Shown piece by piece: positions 9,718 through 18,219 of a stretch of 64,000 bases of DNA (position 1 is the stretch's first letter; every line of letters starts with the position of its first letter). The stretch is taken from the sequence record PQ416618.1. One strand, 5' to 3'. Origin of the DNA: Escherichia phage vB_VIPECOMC06. The notes below the pieces were generated by a model. It worked only from the letters and a program-made list of their open reading frames with translations. It had not been told where the DNA came from and made no database searches. A program made the position numbers and the translations under genes.

Positions 9718-10103
9718 TGCACCGTGTAAAAAACATGCTTAATCTTTGTTTTGATGTCGATGATTGTATAACAGAGTGGAATAACAATCGTGATTACGTG
9801 AACTTCAAACCAGACGTCGAAATGGTATCTGCCATTAATGCTCTGTATGATGCAGGGCATACCATAACGCTTTACACTGCTCGCGGTATGAAGTCAGTCG
9901 GTCCTGGTCGTATAGCAATCGACATTCTCCCAAGTCTGATTCAGAACTTGGCAAACATTGGCTTGAAGTACCATAATTTGCTAACACATAAACCAGTATA
10001 TGATTGGATTATCGACGACAAAGCTATGCGTCCTGACGAATTCAAAGCTCTTATGAATAAAGGCGAATTCGAAACATTTAAATCATATAAACCGAATCTA
10101 TAA
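9717..10103 (+). CDS. Small HAD-superfamily phosphatase
   Basis: 128 aa from ATG 9717 (TAATG overlap with the upstream stop); HAD motif I FDVDDCIT, motif II LYTAR, motif III-IV K...DWIIDDK. Confidence 0.6.
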   Translation: MHRVKNMLNLCFDVDDCITEWNNNRDYVNFKPDVEMVSAINALYDAGHTITLYTARGMKSVGPGRIAIDILPSLIQNLANIGLKYHNLLTHKPVYDWIIDDKAMRPDEFKALMNKGEFETFKSYKPNL

Positions 10104-10157
10104 TAATTTAAGTAAGACCTGCAAAAACCATCGCAACAATTAACGCGAGATGCAAAA

Positions 10158-11318
10158 ATGAATACCTTTAAAATCGGAACGAATTTTGATTTAGCTCTTC
10201 TTGATAAAATCGTAGAGCTCAATAAAACTTATCCTAATAGCTTGATAAACGAAGTATACGGCTCTACAAGAGAAATGGCTTTTGTAGCAGCCAGACCTGA
10301 TTTTAGGCTTCCTGACGTTGACAAAAAGATGTTAGAAGATTACGTTAAACGTTGTAACGAATTAGGTATTTGCTTTAACTATACACTCAACACGATAAAT
10401 CCTGGTTCAAAAAGAGAACTAGTTGAGTGGAAGAAGAAAGCTATTCAGGATTATGTTCAGTATCTTTGGTCAATAGGCGTATGGCGTATTACTATCGCTA
10501 ACCCTGTTGTTATGGAAATTGTTCGTGAAGTCAATAAAGACATTGAGATTGAAGTTTCAACAATTCTACATGTCGATGCTGTAACTCAAATCAAATACTT
10601 GCATGACCAGTATAATATCAAAAAGGTCTGCTGTGGAATTCATAAGAACCGTTCAGTTTCTTTCCTGAAGCGTGCAGCAGAGTTTTGCAATAAGAACAAT
10701 ATAATATTTGAAGTTCTTGTAAATGAGTTCTGTTCTAATGCTGGTAAAGGGTATACAACACATTGTAGTTATCGTGACTCTTGCTATATTTTCCATAGCA
10801 CCGATGTTACAGTAGATGATGCCAAATCCTTAAATGGATATCCAATGCAACACTGCATTAAAGCTCGTGATACAGACCCATTTAACTGGTTGAGAACTCG
10901 TTTTGTTCGTCCTCAAGATTTGAAACTTTATAATGATATTGGTATCACTCAATTTAAAGTTTCTGGACGTACAGGTAGCACCGACTACATTTTGAAAGTT
11001 CTTGAAGCTTATGCTTCTGAAAAGTTTGAAGGTAATTTGTTAGAACTGTGGAAGCCTTTAGAGACTATTTTCACTCTTGAAAACGAAACTGAGTTTTCAC
11101 ATACGGTAAATATTGAAACCTCTTTGTTAGATGGCTTTTTAGAAAAAAGGTGGTTCAAACATCCAGATTTCGATTGTGCTAATGAAATCTGTGGGACGAC
11201 GTGTACATATTGTGAAAGATATTATAAACGTCAGTTATCTAAAAACGGGTTATCAGAAAATTCTATATCTATTATTGATATAACTAACTCTGATGACGCT
11301 TTGAGGTACCCAGAATGA
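10158..11318 (+). CDS. Cysteine-rich hypothetical protein (386 aa), function unknown
   Basis: ATG 10158; C-terminal Cx4Cx3Cx2C cluster (CANEICGTTCTYC) plus CCG and HCSYRDSC; embedded in the sugar locus. Confidence 0.5.
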   Translation: MNTFKIGTNFDLALLDKIVELNKTYPNSLINEVYGSTREMAFVAARPDFRLPDVDKKMLEDYVKRCNELGICFNYTLNTINPGSKRELVEWKKKAIQDYVQYLWSIGVWRITIANPVVMEIVREVNKDIEIEVSTILHVDAVTQIKYLHDQYNIKKVCCGIHKNRSVSFLKRAAEFCNKNNIIFEVLVNEFCSNAGKGYTTHCSYRDSCYIFHSTDVTVDDAKSLNGYPMQHCIKARDTDPFNWLRTRFVRPQDLKLYNDIGITQFKVSGRTGSTDYILKVLEAYASEKFEGNLLELWKPLETIFTLENETEFSHTVNIETSLLDGFLEKRWFKHPDFDCANEICGTTCTYCERYYKRQLSKNGLSENSISIIDITNSDDALRYPE

Positions 11319-11550
11319 TTTCTAGAAAAACTTTTAACCACCAACTTAATGAAGAGATTTTGACTATTAAAATTAACAGCAACGAACAAATTCTTAAACA
11401 GGCCCATAAGGGCCTGTTTGAAACTAAAGCGGCTAAAGTGATTAAAGAACCTAACTAGAATACTACGCTGATGCATTTCTTCATAGTGTTCTTGGAAGTA
11501 TCGATGCCGAAGCTTTACGTTATATCAACATCGCTAAGAAATTCAAATAA

Positions 11551-11573
11551 GCTTTATGAATTGAGTATATAAT
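11551..11573 (+). promoter_or_regulatory. Candidate MotA-dependent middle promoter for gene 42 (MotA-box-like aGCTTTA, 11-nt spacer, -10 TATAAT)
   Basis: GCTTTA at 11551-11556 and TATAAT at 11568-11573, about 20 nt upstream of the gene 42 ATG. Confidence 0.3.
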
Positions 11574-11591
11574 AACTGTATTGAGGTAAAC

Positions 11592-12308
11592 ATGGGAAAA
11601 CATAACACAATGAAATATATTAAAGCCGCAGATTTTCAATCCGCATTTAAAGCAGTCAATCGTGAAATTTTAGAAAACCCGGAATTCGTAACTGATTCTC
11701 GTATTGGACGTTGTAATGAAATTGGGTCTATGACAGTAGTTGTTGACACTCCATCTTCATTCAAAATGACCGATCCACGTATTAACCGCATCTCTTATGA
11801 ATATGCTGAAGATTTCTGGAAGTTTATGATTTCTGGTGGTACTGATGCAGAAGAAGCATTTAAGGCATATCCTAACGTTGCTAAATTTATTTCTAAACCT
11901 AAATCAGACGCTTTGCCTGCAAACTTCAACACTTTCTATGGTCCACGAATTGCGGCCCAGTTACCAGCTCTTTTAAAAGAACTTAAAGAGAAACCTAACT
12001 CCCGAAGAGTTGTGTTCCAAATTCTTGAAAGTTCAGATCAGGCTTTGCTTGATTCAGACGAAACACTTGAATATCCATGTACTGACTCAGTGACTTATTA
12101 TATTCGTGATGGTAAGCTTTATACCCACTGTCATATGCGTTCACAGAACTGTGCTGTTGTTATGCAGTTGGATTTTTATCTCCAAGGAAAATTACTTCAT
12201 TATATCGCTAAAGAATGTGGTGTAGAAGTTGGTGATTATACTCATACCATGGTAAGTGCCCATGTGTTTGAACGTGATTTTGATTATGTTAAAGGATTCC
12301 TTGACTAA
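11592..12308 (+). CDS. 42: dCMP hydroxymethylase (thymidylate-synthase fold), gp42-like
   Basis: 238 aa; TS-family features (SRR motif, catalytic Cys in EYPCTD); distinct from the canonical td at 59116; position matches T4 gene 42. Confidence 0.7.
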   Translation: MGKHNTMKYIKAADFQSAFKAVNREILENPEFVTDSRIGRCNEIGSMTVVVDTPSSFKMTDPRINRISYEYAEDFWKFMISGGTDAEEAFKAYPNVAKFISKPKSDALPANFNTFYGPRIAAQLPALLKELKEKPNSRRVVFQILESSDQALLDSDETLEYPCTDSVTYYIRDGKLYTHCHMRSQNCAVVMQLDFYLQGKLLHYIAKECGVEVGDYTHTMVSAHVFERDFDYVKGFLD

Positions 12309-13207
12309 TGGCTATTTTCCGCGTACCTATCTTGAGTATGCGGTCTTATGAAACTGGACAGTATGCTATCCTTAAGGATGGCAACTTCCAACTTCATTTG
12401 CACCGTGCTAATCCAGGTGATGTGATTACATATCCACGTAATGCATCTGATATTAAAGAATGCGAACGTCTTTTCCCAGAATTTAAGTTTGTTCCATTAT
12501 GGTATAAAGATAACGCGTATAACACTCGTAAATATTTCTGGTCTGAAAATGAATTTGTGGTTGATTCATTAATTGATTATTATGATTGTGATTTTCTAAT
12601 CACAGATATCACTGGATATGACGGCGCTTTTGATGTGGAATTCAATTTCAATATCACTGCAGACCCTAATAAACCACGTTTTTATATTGACGAATTCTTA
12701 AAAACCGACATGTTGTCTGTTAATCGTTCACTTCAAACTACTGTGTTGAATGAACGTCAAAAAGAAGTGCTGGTTAACGCAGGTGCAGATGGTAATAAGA
12801 TTATCGTAACCCAGAAAGTTATACGTCCTTCCATCATGCAGCGTCTTGTAGGTGATTTGGCTCCTATTCATCTAGATGGTATTTTTCATCCATTTCGAAT
12901 TAGTGACCCATGCTATCGTTTTGAACAAGTGGTTGAATGCGCAATTCAATTAGGCCAACCGCTTTATATAACCGATCCAAATAATAGCTTCGACAGAAAT
13001 AAGTATCCTGAAGAAGCGCTGATTCGAATTTTTAATCCAACTAAAACTGAGTACTATCAAATTCTTAAAGGACGTCCGAAGATTCAATATTTCGAAAATC
13101 CTGAAGAAGTATTCCATCCAGGTCTTGGTGAGTTCATCTACTTTAATGCTTTAATTTCTTCGCCGTATAATATACCTAAATATGAAGATGTCGTAATCGA
13201 GGAATAA
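12308..13207 (+). CDS. Hypothetical protein (299 aa) occupying the T4 beta-gt position
   Basis: TAATG-coupled to gene 42; no motif I can assign. Confidence 0.5.
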   Translation: MAIFRVPILSMRSYETGQYAILKDGNFQLHLHRANPGDVITYPRNASDIKECERLFPEFKFVPLWYKDNAYNTRKYFWSENEFVVDSLIDYYDCDFLITDITGYDGAFDVEFNFNITADPNKPRFYIDEFLKTDMLSVNRSLQTTVLNERQKEVLVNAGADGNKIIVTQKVIRPSIMQRLVGDLAPIHLDGIFHPFRISDPCYRFEQVVECAIQLGQPLYITDPNNSFDRNKYPEEALIRIFNPTKTEYYQILKGRPKIQYFENPEEVFHPGLGEFIYFNALISSPYNIPKYEDVVIEE

Positions 13208-13208
13208 A

Positions 13209-13757
13209 ATGGCTAAAATTATTTTAGTAGATGGCCCGGATAATGCCGGTAAAACAACTTTCATTAATGACATAATGGAAATTAGTGAAAGATATGTAAA
13301 GATTGATTTCCCTAAACGAACAGTTGATGGACGTTTCGATGTTAAGTCTCGAAATGAAGTTGGCTGTTTCGAAACGATGTTGAATTATTTAGACCCTACT
13401 AAGATTTATCTGTTAGACCGTGGATATATTAGTAACTGGGTTTATGGACGTATTCGACAAGATGCGGACTCGGTTCTTGACGTTTATGAACAGGATTATG
13501 TTCGTCTTTGCCAAAACCATGATGTGTTCACAATTATTTTAACACGTAACGAAATGACTGAAAGTTTTGAAGACGACCTTATTACTTTGTCTTCATTCGG
13601 TTTTAATACAGTCATTTCATATTTTGAAGAGTTTGCAATTCATAACAAAATTCAAACGTATCAATTACTTAATCATGATGGTGCTAACAAAGTTATAGGA
13701 TTTAATGCAAGCGAACGTAATAATTTGATTACAGAAATTATCAAATGGGCTCGTTAA
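13209..13757 (+). CDS. P-loop nucleotide/nucleoside-monophosphate kinase-like protein
   Basis: 182 aa; Walker A GPDNAGKTT near the N-terminus; translationally coupled to the upstream ORF. Confidence 0.5.
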   Translation: MAKIILVDGPDNAGKTTFINDIMEISERYVKIDFPKRTVDGRFDVKSRNEVGCFETMLNYLDPTKIYLLDRGYISNWVYGRIRQDADSVLDVYEQDYVRLCQNHDVFTIILTRNEMTESFEDDLITLSSFGFNTVISYFEEFAIHNKIQTYQLLNHDGANKVIGFNASERNNLITEIIKWAR

Positions 13758-13778
13758 GAGCCTGTTTAAAGTTTTAAA

Positions 13779-13803
13779 TGCTGTATAACCGTTAGTATAT
13801 AAT
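13779..13803 (+). promoter_or_regulatory. Candidate MotA-dependent middle promoter for uvsX (TGCTgtA box, 12-nt spacer, -10 TATAAT)
   Basis: MotA-box-like tgctgta at 13779-13785 and TATAAT at 13798-13803 upstream of uvsX; T4 uvsX is middle-transcribed. Confidence 0.3.
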
Positions 13804-13856
13804 CGTCTTATCTTTTAAACATGAGTAAAATATAATGATGCCTATGGAAAAATACA

Positions 13857-15029
13857 ATGTCTGATTTAAAATCTCGTCTGATTAAAGCTTCTACTTCTAA
13901 AATGACTGCAGACTTGACTAAGTCTAAGCTGTTTAATAATCGTGATGAAGTCCCTACTCGTATTCCGATGTTGAATATTGCATTAGGTGGTGCACTGAAT
14001 GCCGGGTTGCAATCAGGCTTAACTATTTTTGCTGCTCCTTCTAAACACTTTAAAACGTTGTTTGGACTGACCATGGTTGCAGCGTATATGAAGAAATATA
14101 AAGATGCAATTTGTTTGTTCTATGATTCAGAATTTGGTGCTTCAGAATCTTATTTTCGTTCAATGGGTGTTGATTTAGACCGTGTAGTTCATACCCCGAT
14201 TCAATCTGTCGAACAACTTAAAGTTGATATGACTAATCAGCTTGACGCGATTGAACGCGGTGATAAAGTTATTATCTTTATCGATTCAATCGGTAATACT
14301 GCATCTAAGAAAGAAACCGAAGATGCGTTGAACGAGAAAGTTGTAGGTGATATGTCTCGTGCTAAGGCACTTAAATCTCTGTTCCGCATTGTGACTCCTT
14401 ATCTGACTATTAAAGATATTCCATGTGTTGCAATCAACCACACAGCAATGGAAATCGGCGGACTATATCCTAAAGAGATTATGGGTGGTGGTACAGGTAT
14501 TCTTTACTCTGCTAACACTGTGTTCTTTATCTCTAAACGTCAGGTTAAAGAAGGTACAGAATTGACTGGTTATGACTTCACACTGAAAGCAGAAAAATCT
14601 CGTACAGTTAAAGAGAAATCTACTTTCCCGATCACGGTTAATTTTGATGGCGGTATTGACCCATTCAGTGGCTTGTTAGAAATGGCAACTGAAATTGGTT
14701 TTGTAGTTAAGCCTAAAGCTGGTTGGTATGCTCGCGAATTCCTTGACGAAGAAACAGGCGAAATGATTCGTGAAGAAAAATCATGGCGTGCTAAAGCTAC
14801 TGATTGTGTAGAATTCTGGGGGCCGTTGTTTAAACATAAGCCTTTCCGTGACGCAATTGAAACTAAATATAAACTAGGTGCTATCTCTTCTATTAAAGAA
14901 GTTGATGATGCTGTTAACGACCTTATTAATTGCAAAGCAACAACTAAAGTTCCGGTTAAAACTTCTGATGCTCCGTCTGCAGCAGATATAGAAAACGACC
15001 TTGACGAAATGGAAGATTTCGATGAATAA
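13857..15029 (+). CDS. uvsX: Recombinase UvsX (RecA-like)
   Basis: 390 aa; RecA core with acidic C-terminal tail; N-terminus MSDLKSRLIKASTSK matches T-even UvsX. Confidence 0.95.
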   Translation: MSDLKSRLIKASTSKMTADLTKSKLFNNRDEVPTRIPMLNIALGGALNAGLQSGLTIFAAPSKHFKTLFGLTMVAAYMKKYKDAICLFYDSEFGASESYFRSMGVDLDRVVHTPIQSVEQLKVDMTNQLDAIERGDKVIIFIDSIGNTASKKETEDALNEKVVGDMSRAKALKSLFRIVTPYLTIKDIPCVAINHTAMEIGGLYPKEIMGGGTGILYSANTVFFISKRQVKEGTELTGYDFTLKAEKSRTVKEKSTFPITVNFDGGIDPFSGLLEMATEIGFVVKPKAGWYAREFLDEETGEMIREEKSWRAKATDCVEFWGPLFKHKPFRDAIETKYKLGAISSIKEVDDAVNDLINCKATTKVPVKTSDAPSAADIENDLDEMEDFDE

Positions 15030-15363
15030 TCTCGATGATTTAAATCTAGAAATCGTTGATGAATCCCCTTCTTCGGAAGGGGAAGACATTCGCAAAGAAC
15101 GAGTGTTTAATGAATCTCTTAAAATTATCCGTTCAGCAATGGAAAATGTCATTCAAGAGATTCTGATTACACTTGAAGATGGTTCTCATCATATAGTCTA
15201 TATTACAAAACTAGACTGGGTTGATGGTAAAATCGTAATGGACTTTGCAGTTCTTGACCAGGACAGAAAAGCAGAACTTGCACCACATGTTGAAAAATGT
15301 GTTACAATGCAAGTACAACAAGCTTTTAATGAACGGGCCAAGAAAAAATTTAAATTCTTTTAA
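15022..15363 (+). CDS. 40: gp40-like head vertex assembly chaperone (by synteny)
   Basis: 113 aa from ATG 15022, overlapping the uvsX stop (track start 15001 is an upstream TTG); lies between uvsX and 41. Confidence 0.5.
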   Translation: MNNLDDLNLEIVDESPSSEGEDIRKERVFNESLKIIRSAMENVIQEILITLEDGSHHIVYITKLDWVDGKIVMDFAVLDQDRKAELAPHVEKCVTMQVQQAFNERAKKKFKFF

Positions 15364-15372
15364 GGAGTTATC

Positions 15373-16815
15373 GTGGTAGAAATTATTTTGTCTCATCTAG
15401 TATATGACCAGGCTTATTTTTCTAAGGTCTGGCCTTATATGGATTCTGAGTATTTTGAGCGTGGACCGGCAAAAAACGTCTTTAAAATTATAAAGAGCCA
15501 CGTTAACGAATATAATGCAATGCCGTCTATCAATGCATTAAAGGTGGCTTTAGATAACAGTTCTTTAACTGAAGCCGAATATAAAGGAACTTCAGACCTA
15601 ATTGAAAAATTGGCTGATACTCCTGAAGACCATGAATGGTTGGTTAAAGAAACTGAGAAATATGTCCAGCAAAAAGCGATGTATAATGCTACATCCAAAA
15701 TCATTGAGATTCAGTCTAATGCTGAACTACCTCCAGAACAACGTAACAAGAAAATGCCTGATGTAGGAGCTATTCCTGATATTATGCGTCAAGCACTTTC
15801 AATTTCGTTTGATAGTTATGTTGGACATGACTGGATGGAAGACTACGAAGCACGCTGGCTTTCTTATCTGAACAAAGCACGTAAGGTCCCGTTCAAATTA
15901 AACATTCTGAATAAAATCACTAAAGGTGGTGCTGAAACCGGTACACTGAATGTTTTAATGGCTGGTGTTAACGTTGGTAAATCTTTAGGCCTTTGTTCAC
16001 TTGCTGCAGATTATCTTCAAACAGGTCATAACGTTCTTTATATTTCCATGGAAATGGCTGAAGAAGTTTGTGCTAAGCGTATAGATGCAAACATGCTTGA
16101 CGTATCGCTCGATGATATCGATGATGGTAACGTATCTTATGCTGAATATAAAGCTAAGATGGAAAAATGGCGTTCAAAAACAACATTAGGACGTTTAGTA
16201 GTTAAACAGTATCCTACTGGCGGAGCTAATGCTAATACATTCCGTGCATTGCTTAATGAATTGAAACTCAAGAAGAACTTTGTGCCGTCTGTAATCATGG
16301 TTGATTACTTAGGTATTTGTGGGTCTTGTCGTATCAGAGTTTACACTGAAAATAGCTACACATTAGTTAAAGCTATCGCAGAAGAACTTCGGGCATTAGC
16401 AGTAGAATCTGAAACAGTTCTATGGACTGCAGCTCAAGTAGGACGTGCAGCATGGGATGCTTCGGATATGAACATGAGTGATATTGCAGAATCAGCAGGT
16501 TTACCAGCAACGGCAGATTTCATGTTGGCTGTAATTGAAACCGAAGAACTTGCACAAGCTGAACAACAACTTATCAAGCAAATCAAATCACGATATGGCG
16601 ATAAGAATAAGTGGAATAAATTCCTGATGGGTGTACGTAAAGGCAACCAGAAATGGGTTGAGATTGAGCAAGAAGGCATGAACACACCTAACACAGTAAA
16701 TGAAAACGCAGGTGCTCAGATGCGTCAGGCAGAGGTGAATCGTACGGAACGCGTAGGTAAAGCCAAAGCAACACGTGCTGACCTAGATAGCTTAGCCAAT
16801 GAGTTAAAATTTTAA
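15373..16815 (+). CDS. 41: Replicative helicase gp41 (DnaB family)
   Basis: 480 aa; Walker A GVNVGKS; N-terminus MVEIILSHLVYDQAYF; GTG start with SD aaggag 6 nt upstream. Confidence 0.95.
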   Translation: MVEIILSHLVYDQAYFSKVWPYMDSEYFERGPAKNVFKIIKSHVNEYNAMPSINALKVALDNSSLTEAEYKGTSDLIEKLADTPEDHEWLVKETEKYVQQKAMYNATSKIIEIQSNAELPPEQRNKKMPDVGAIPDIMRQALSISFDSYVGHDWMEDYEARWLSYLNKARKVPFKLNILNKITKGGAETGTLNVLMAGVNVGKSLGLCSLAADYLQTGHNVLYISMEMAEEVCAKRIDANMLDVSLDDIDDGNVSYAEYKAKMEKWRSKTTLGRLVVKQYPTGGANANTFRALLNELKLKKNFVPSVIMVDYLGICGSCRIRVYTENSYTLVKAIAEELRALAVESETVLWTAAQVGRAAWDASDMNMSDIAESAGLPATADFMLAVIETEELAQAEQQLIKQIKSRYGDKNKWNKFLMGVRKGNQKWVEIEQEGMNTPNTVNENAGAQMRQAEVNRTERVGKAKATRADLDSLANELKF

Positions 16816-16820
16816 TAAAA

Positions 16821-16838
16821 AGGAGACTTCGGTCTCCT
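16821..16838 (+). terminator. CUUCGG-tetraloop hairpin after gene 41 (aggagacTTCGgtctcct)
   Basis: 7-bp stem with UUCG loop 5 nt after the gp41 stop; short U tail; immediately followed by an early promoter. Confidence 0.55.
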
Positions 16839-16844
16839 TTCGGG

Positions 16845-16874
16845 GTTTACATCTTCCTCTAGGCATGATATGAT
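16845..16874 (+). promoter_or_regulatory. T4-type early promoter (-35 GTTTAC, extended -10 TGaTATGAT)
   Basis: GTTTAC 16845-16850, 18-nt spacer, TGn+TATGAT 16866-16874; precedes ORF 16904. Confidence 0.55.
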
Positions 16875-16903
16875 ATACTTACACTAACCAAGAGGAGAAC
16901 AAA

Positions 16904-17221
16904 ATGGAAACCATCGATTGTAAAGCAGAATTTAAGATTTTTTATCACGGTTCAAGCAGTTCAGCTAACATCGAAAACATGCTTTGTCCTCCTGAGGAAA
17001 CAGGAGTTCTGTCTGAAACTGGACGTAAGAAAAACTTGGATCGTGTATTCTTTACTGAAGATATCGGTTTAGCAAAGATTTATGCAGGACGAGCAGCACG
17101 CTCTTATGGAGGTGAACCACGTCTCTATCGAGTAATTTCTCCGGTAGACGTAGTTCAAATGAATAATACTAAAGGTGCTACAGTTTATCACGCTGAATGG
17201 GCATTTTGCGAGGAAATATGA
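16904..17221 (+). CDS. Hypothetical early protein (105 aa)
   Basis: ATG with RBS agaggag; preceded by an early promoter. Confidence 0.5.
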   Translation: METIDCKAEFKIFYHGSSSSANIENMLCPPEETGVLSETGRKKNLDRVFFTEDIGLAKIYAGRAARSYGGEPRLYRVISPVDVVQMNNTKGATVYHAEWAFCEEI

Positions 17222-17406
17222 ACAAATTAACTAAAGTTACTTTTATCGGTTGGTTTAAAAGCGGCGAGATGTTCACTAAAGATATCATGTTATCAGGTGA
17301 TCGCGAAGAAATCGAGTGGGTTGCGGTACAACTCGCTGAAGTGAACAGTGCACTTGTTAAAGCATTTGTCGATGATAAGAAAGTTTTTGAAGCAGATTTT
17401 CGATAA
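17218..17406 (+). CDS. Hypothetical protein (62 aa)
   Basis: ATG 17218 overlaps the upstream stop (ATGA) with RBS gaggaaat; track start 17197 would overlap the previous gene by 25 nt. Confidence 0.4.
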   Translation: MNKLTKVTFIGWFKSGEMFTKDIMLSGDREEIEWVAVQLAEVNSALVKAFVDDKKVFEADFR

Positions 17407-17419
17407 TTTTAAAATAACT

Positions 17420-17449
17420 GTTTACAAGCATCGCATACTGTGTTACTAT
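17420..17449 (+). promoter_or_regulatory. T4-type early promoter (-35 GTTTAC, extended -10 TGtTACTAT)
   Basis: GTTTAC 17420-17425, 18-nt spacer, TACTAT 17444-17449. Confidence 0.55.
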
Positions 17450-17477
17450 CTTTCTATCAACTACAGAGGAAATTGAA

Positions 17478-17846
17478 ATGAAAAAATTAATCGCTTTAGC
17501 AATGGTATTTGGATTAACCGGATGTGGTGCCCATGGCTTTATCCCTAATAACGTCGGCCAATTGATTTACAATCCGAATGTTAAACAGTATGACCAACCT
17601 AAAGTTGAAGTGGAAGACCCGGTTACTGTAGGTAATCGAATGATTCAAGCTGATGCCCATGCTCAACGTTATCGTGACTCTGATACTGTAGCATTGTCAA
17701 AAGAACAACGCGTTAAAGAACATTGTCTACAGGCTACTGAAATCGCATTCATTCGCTATGTTGAAACAACTGGTAAAGAGCCTACCCAGAAACAAATCGC
17801 AAATAACTACGTCCAGTGTATTGAACGTTTAAACAAATTTAACTAA
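17478..17846 (+). CDS. Putative lipoprotein (122 aa)
   Basis: Signal peptide MKKLIALAMVFGLTGC with lipobox LTGC. Confidence 0.5.
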   Translation: MKKLIALAMVFGLTGCGAHGFIPNNVGQLIYNPNVKQYDQPKVEVEDPVTVGNRMIQADAHAQRYRDSDTVALSKEQRVKEHCLQATEIAFIRYVETTGKEPTQKQIANNYVQCIERLNKFN

Positions 17847-17907
17847 TTGGTTTATACCAAAGTTAAAATAAGATATTATAAACATAACAAATCAAGAGGA
17901 AATTAAC

Positions 17908-18156
17908 ATGGAATTATTCGTAGCTAGTTCAGTAGCTGTTTTAATCGCAGGTATTGGTTCAATCATCATTTACATGTTGCCTTGGGTAATCGCACTTATT
18001 CGTGGCACAAAAAGCACAACAGCAATCTTTTTTGTATCTTTACTCTTTAACTGGACGATGATTGGTTGGATTGGAACTTTAATTTGGTCTATCGTTGCCG
18101 AAAAGAAATCTGCTCAGCAGCCTCAACAAGTAATTATTATTCGCGAAAAAGAATAA
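17908..18156 (+). CDS. Small inner-membrane protein (82 aa)
   Basis: Two predicted TM helices (VAVLIAGIGSIIIYMLPWVIALI; AIFFVSLLFNWTMIGWIGTLIWSIV); RBS agagga. Confidence 0.5.
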   Translation: MELFVASSVAVLIAGIGSIIIYMLPWVIALIRGTKSTTAIFFVSLLFNWTMIGWIGTLIWSIVAEKKSAQQPQQVIIIREKE

Positions 18157-18160
18157 ACTT

Positions 18161-18190
18161 GTTTACATTATAGATGGACTATAGTATAGT
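18161..18190 (+). promoter_or_regulatory. T4-type early promoter with palindrome straddling the -10 (ggacta / tagtcc)
   Basis: GTTTAC 18161-18166, 18-nt spacer, TATAGT 18185-18190; inverted repeat 18176-18181 / 18190-18195. Confidence 0.55.
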
Positions 18191-18219
18191 AGTCCTATCA
18201 AATCAACTAAGGAGTTAAA

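Noticed and set aside
10158-11318. Possible peptidase U32 / Fe-S hydroxylase family membership of the Cys-rich protein
   Set aside because: The region around EVLVNEFCSNAGKGYTTHC does not fit the U32 signature (E-x-F-x2-G-[SA]-[LIVM]-C-x4-G-x-C) when checked residue by residue; left as unknown.
16816-16903. Intergenic regions (e.g. 16816-16903, 38017-38263, 60233-60319) inspected for tRNA or small RNA genes
   Set aside because: No cloverleaf-compatible GC-rich arms or conserved T-loop (GTTCRA) motifs seen; the regions are explained by promoters, hairpins and small peptide ORFs. A tRNAscan run would be needed to exclude tRNAs formally.
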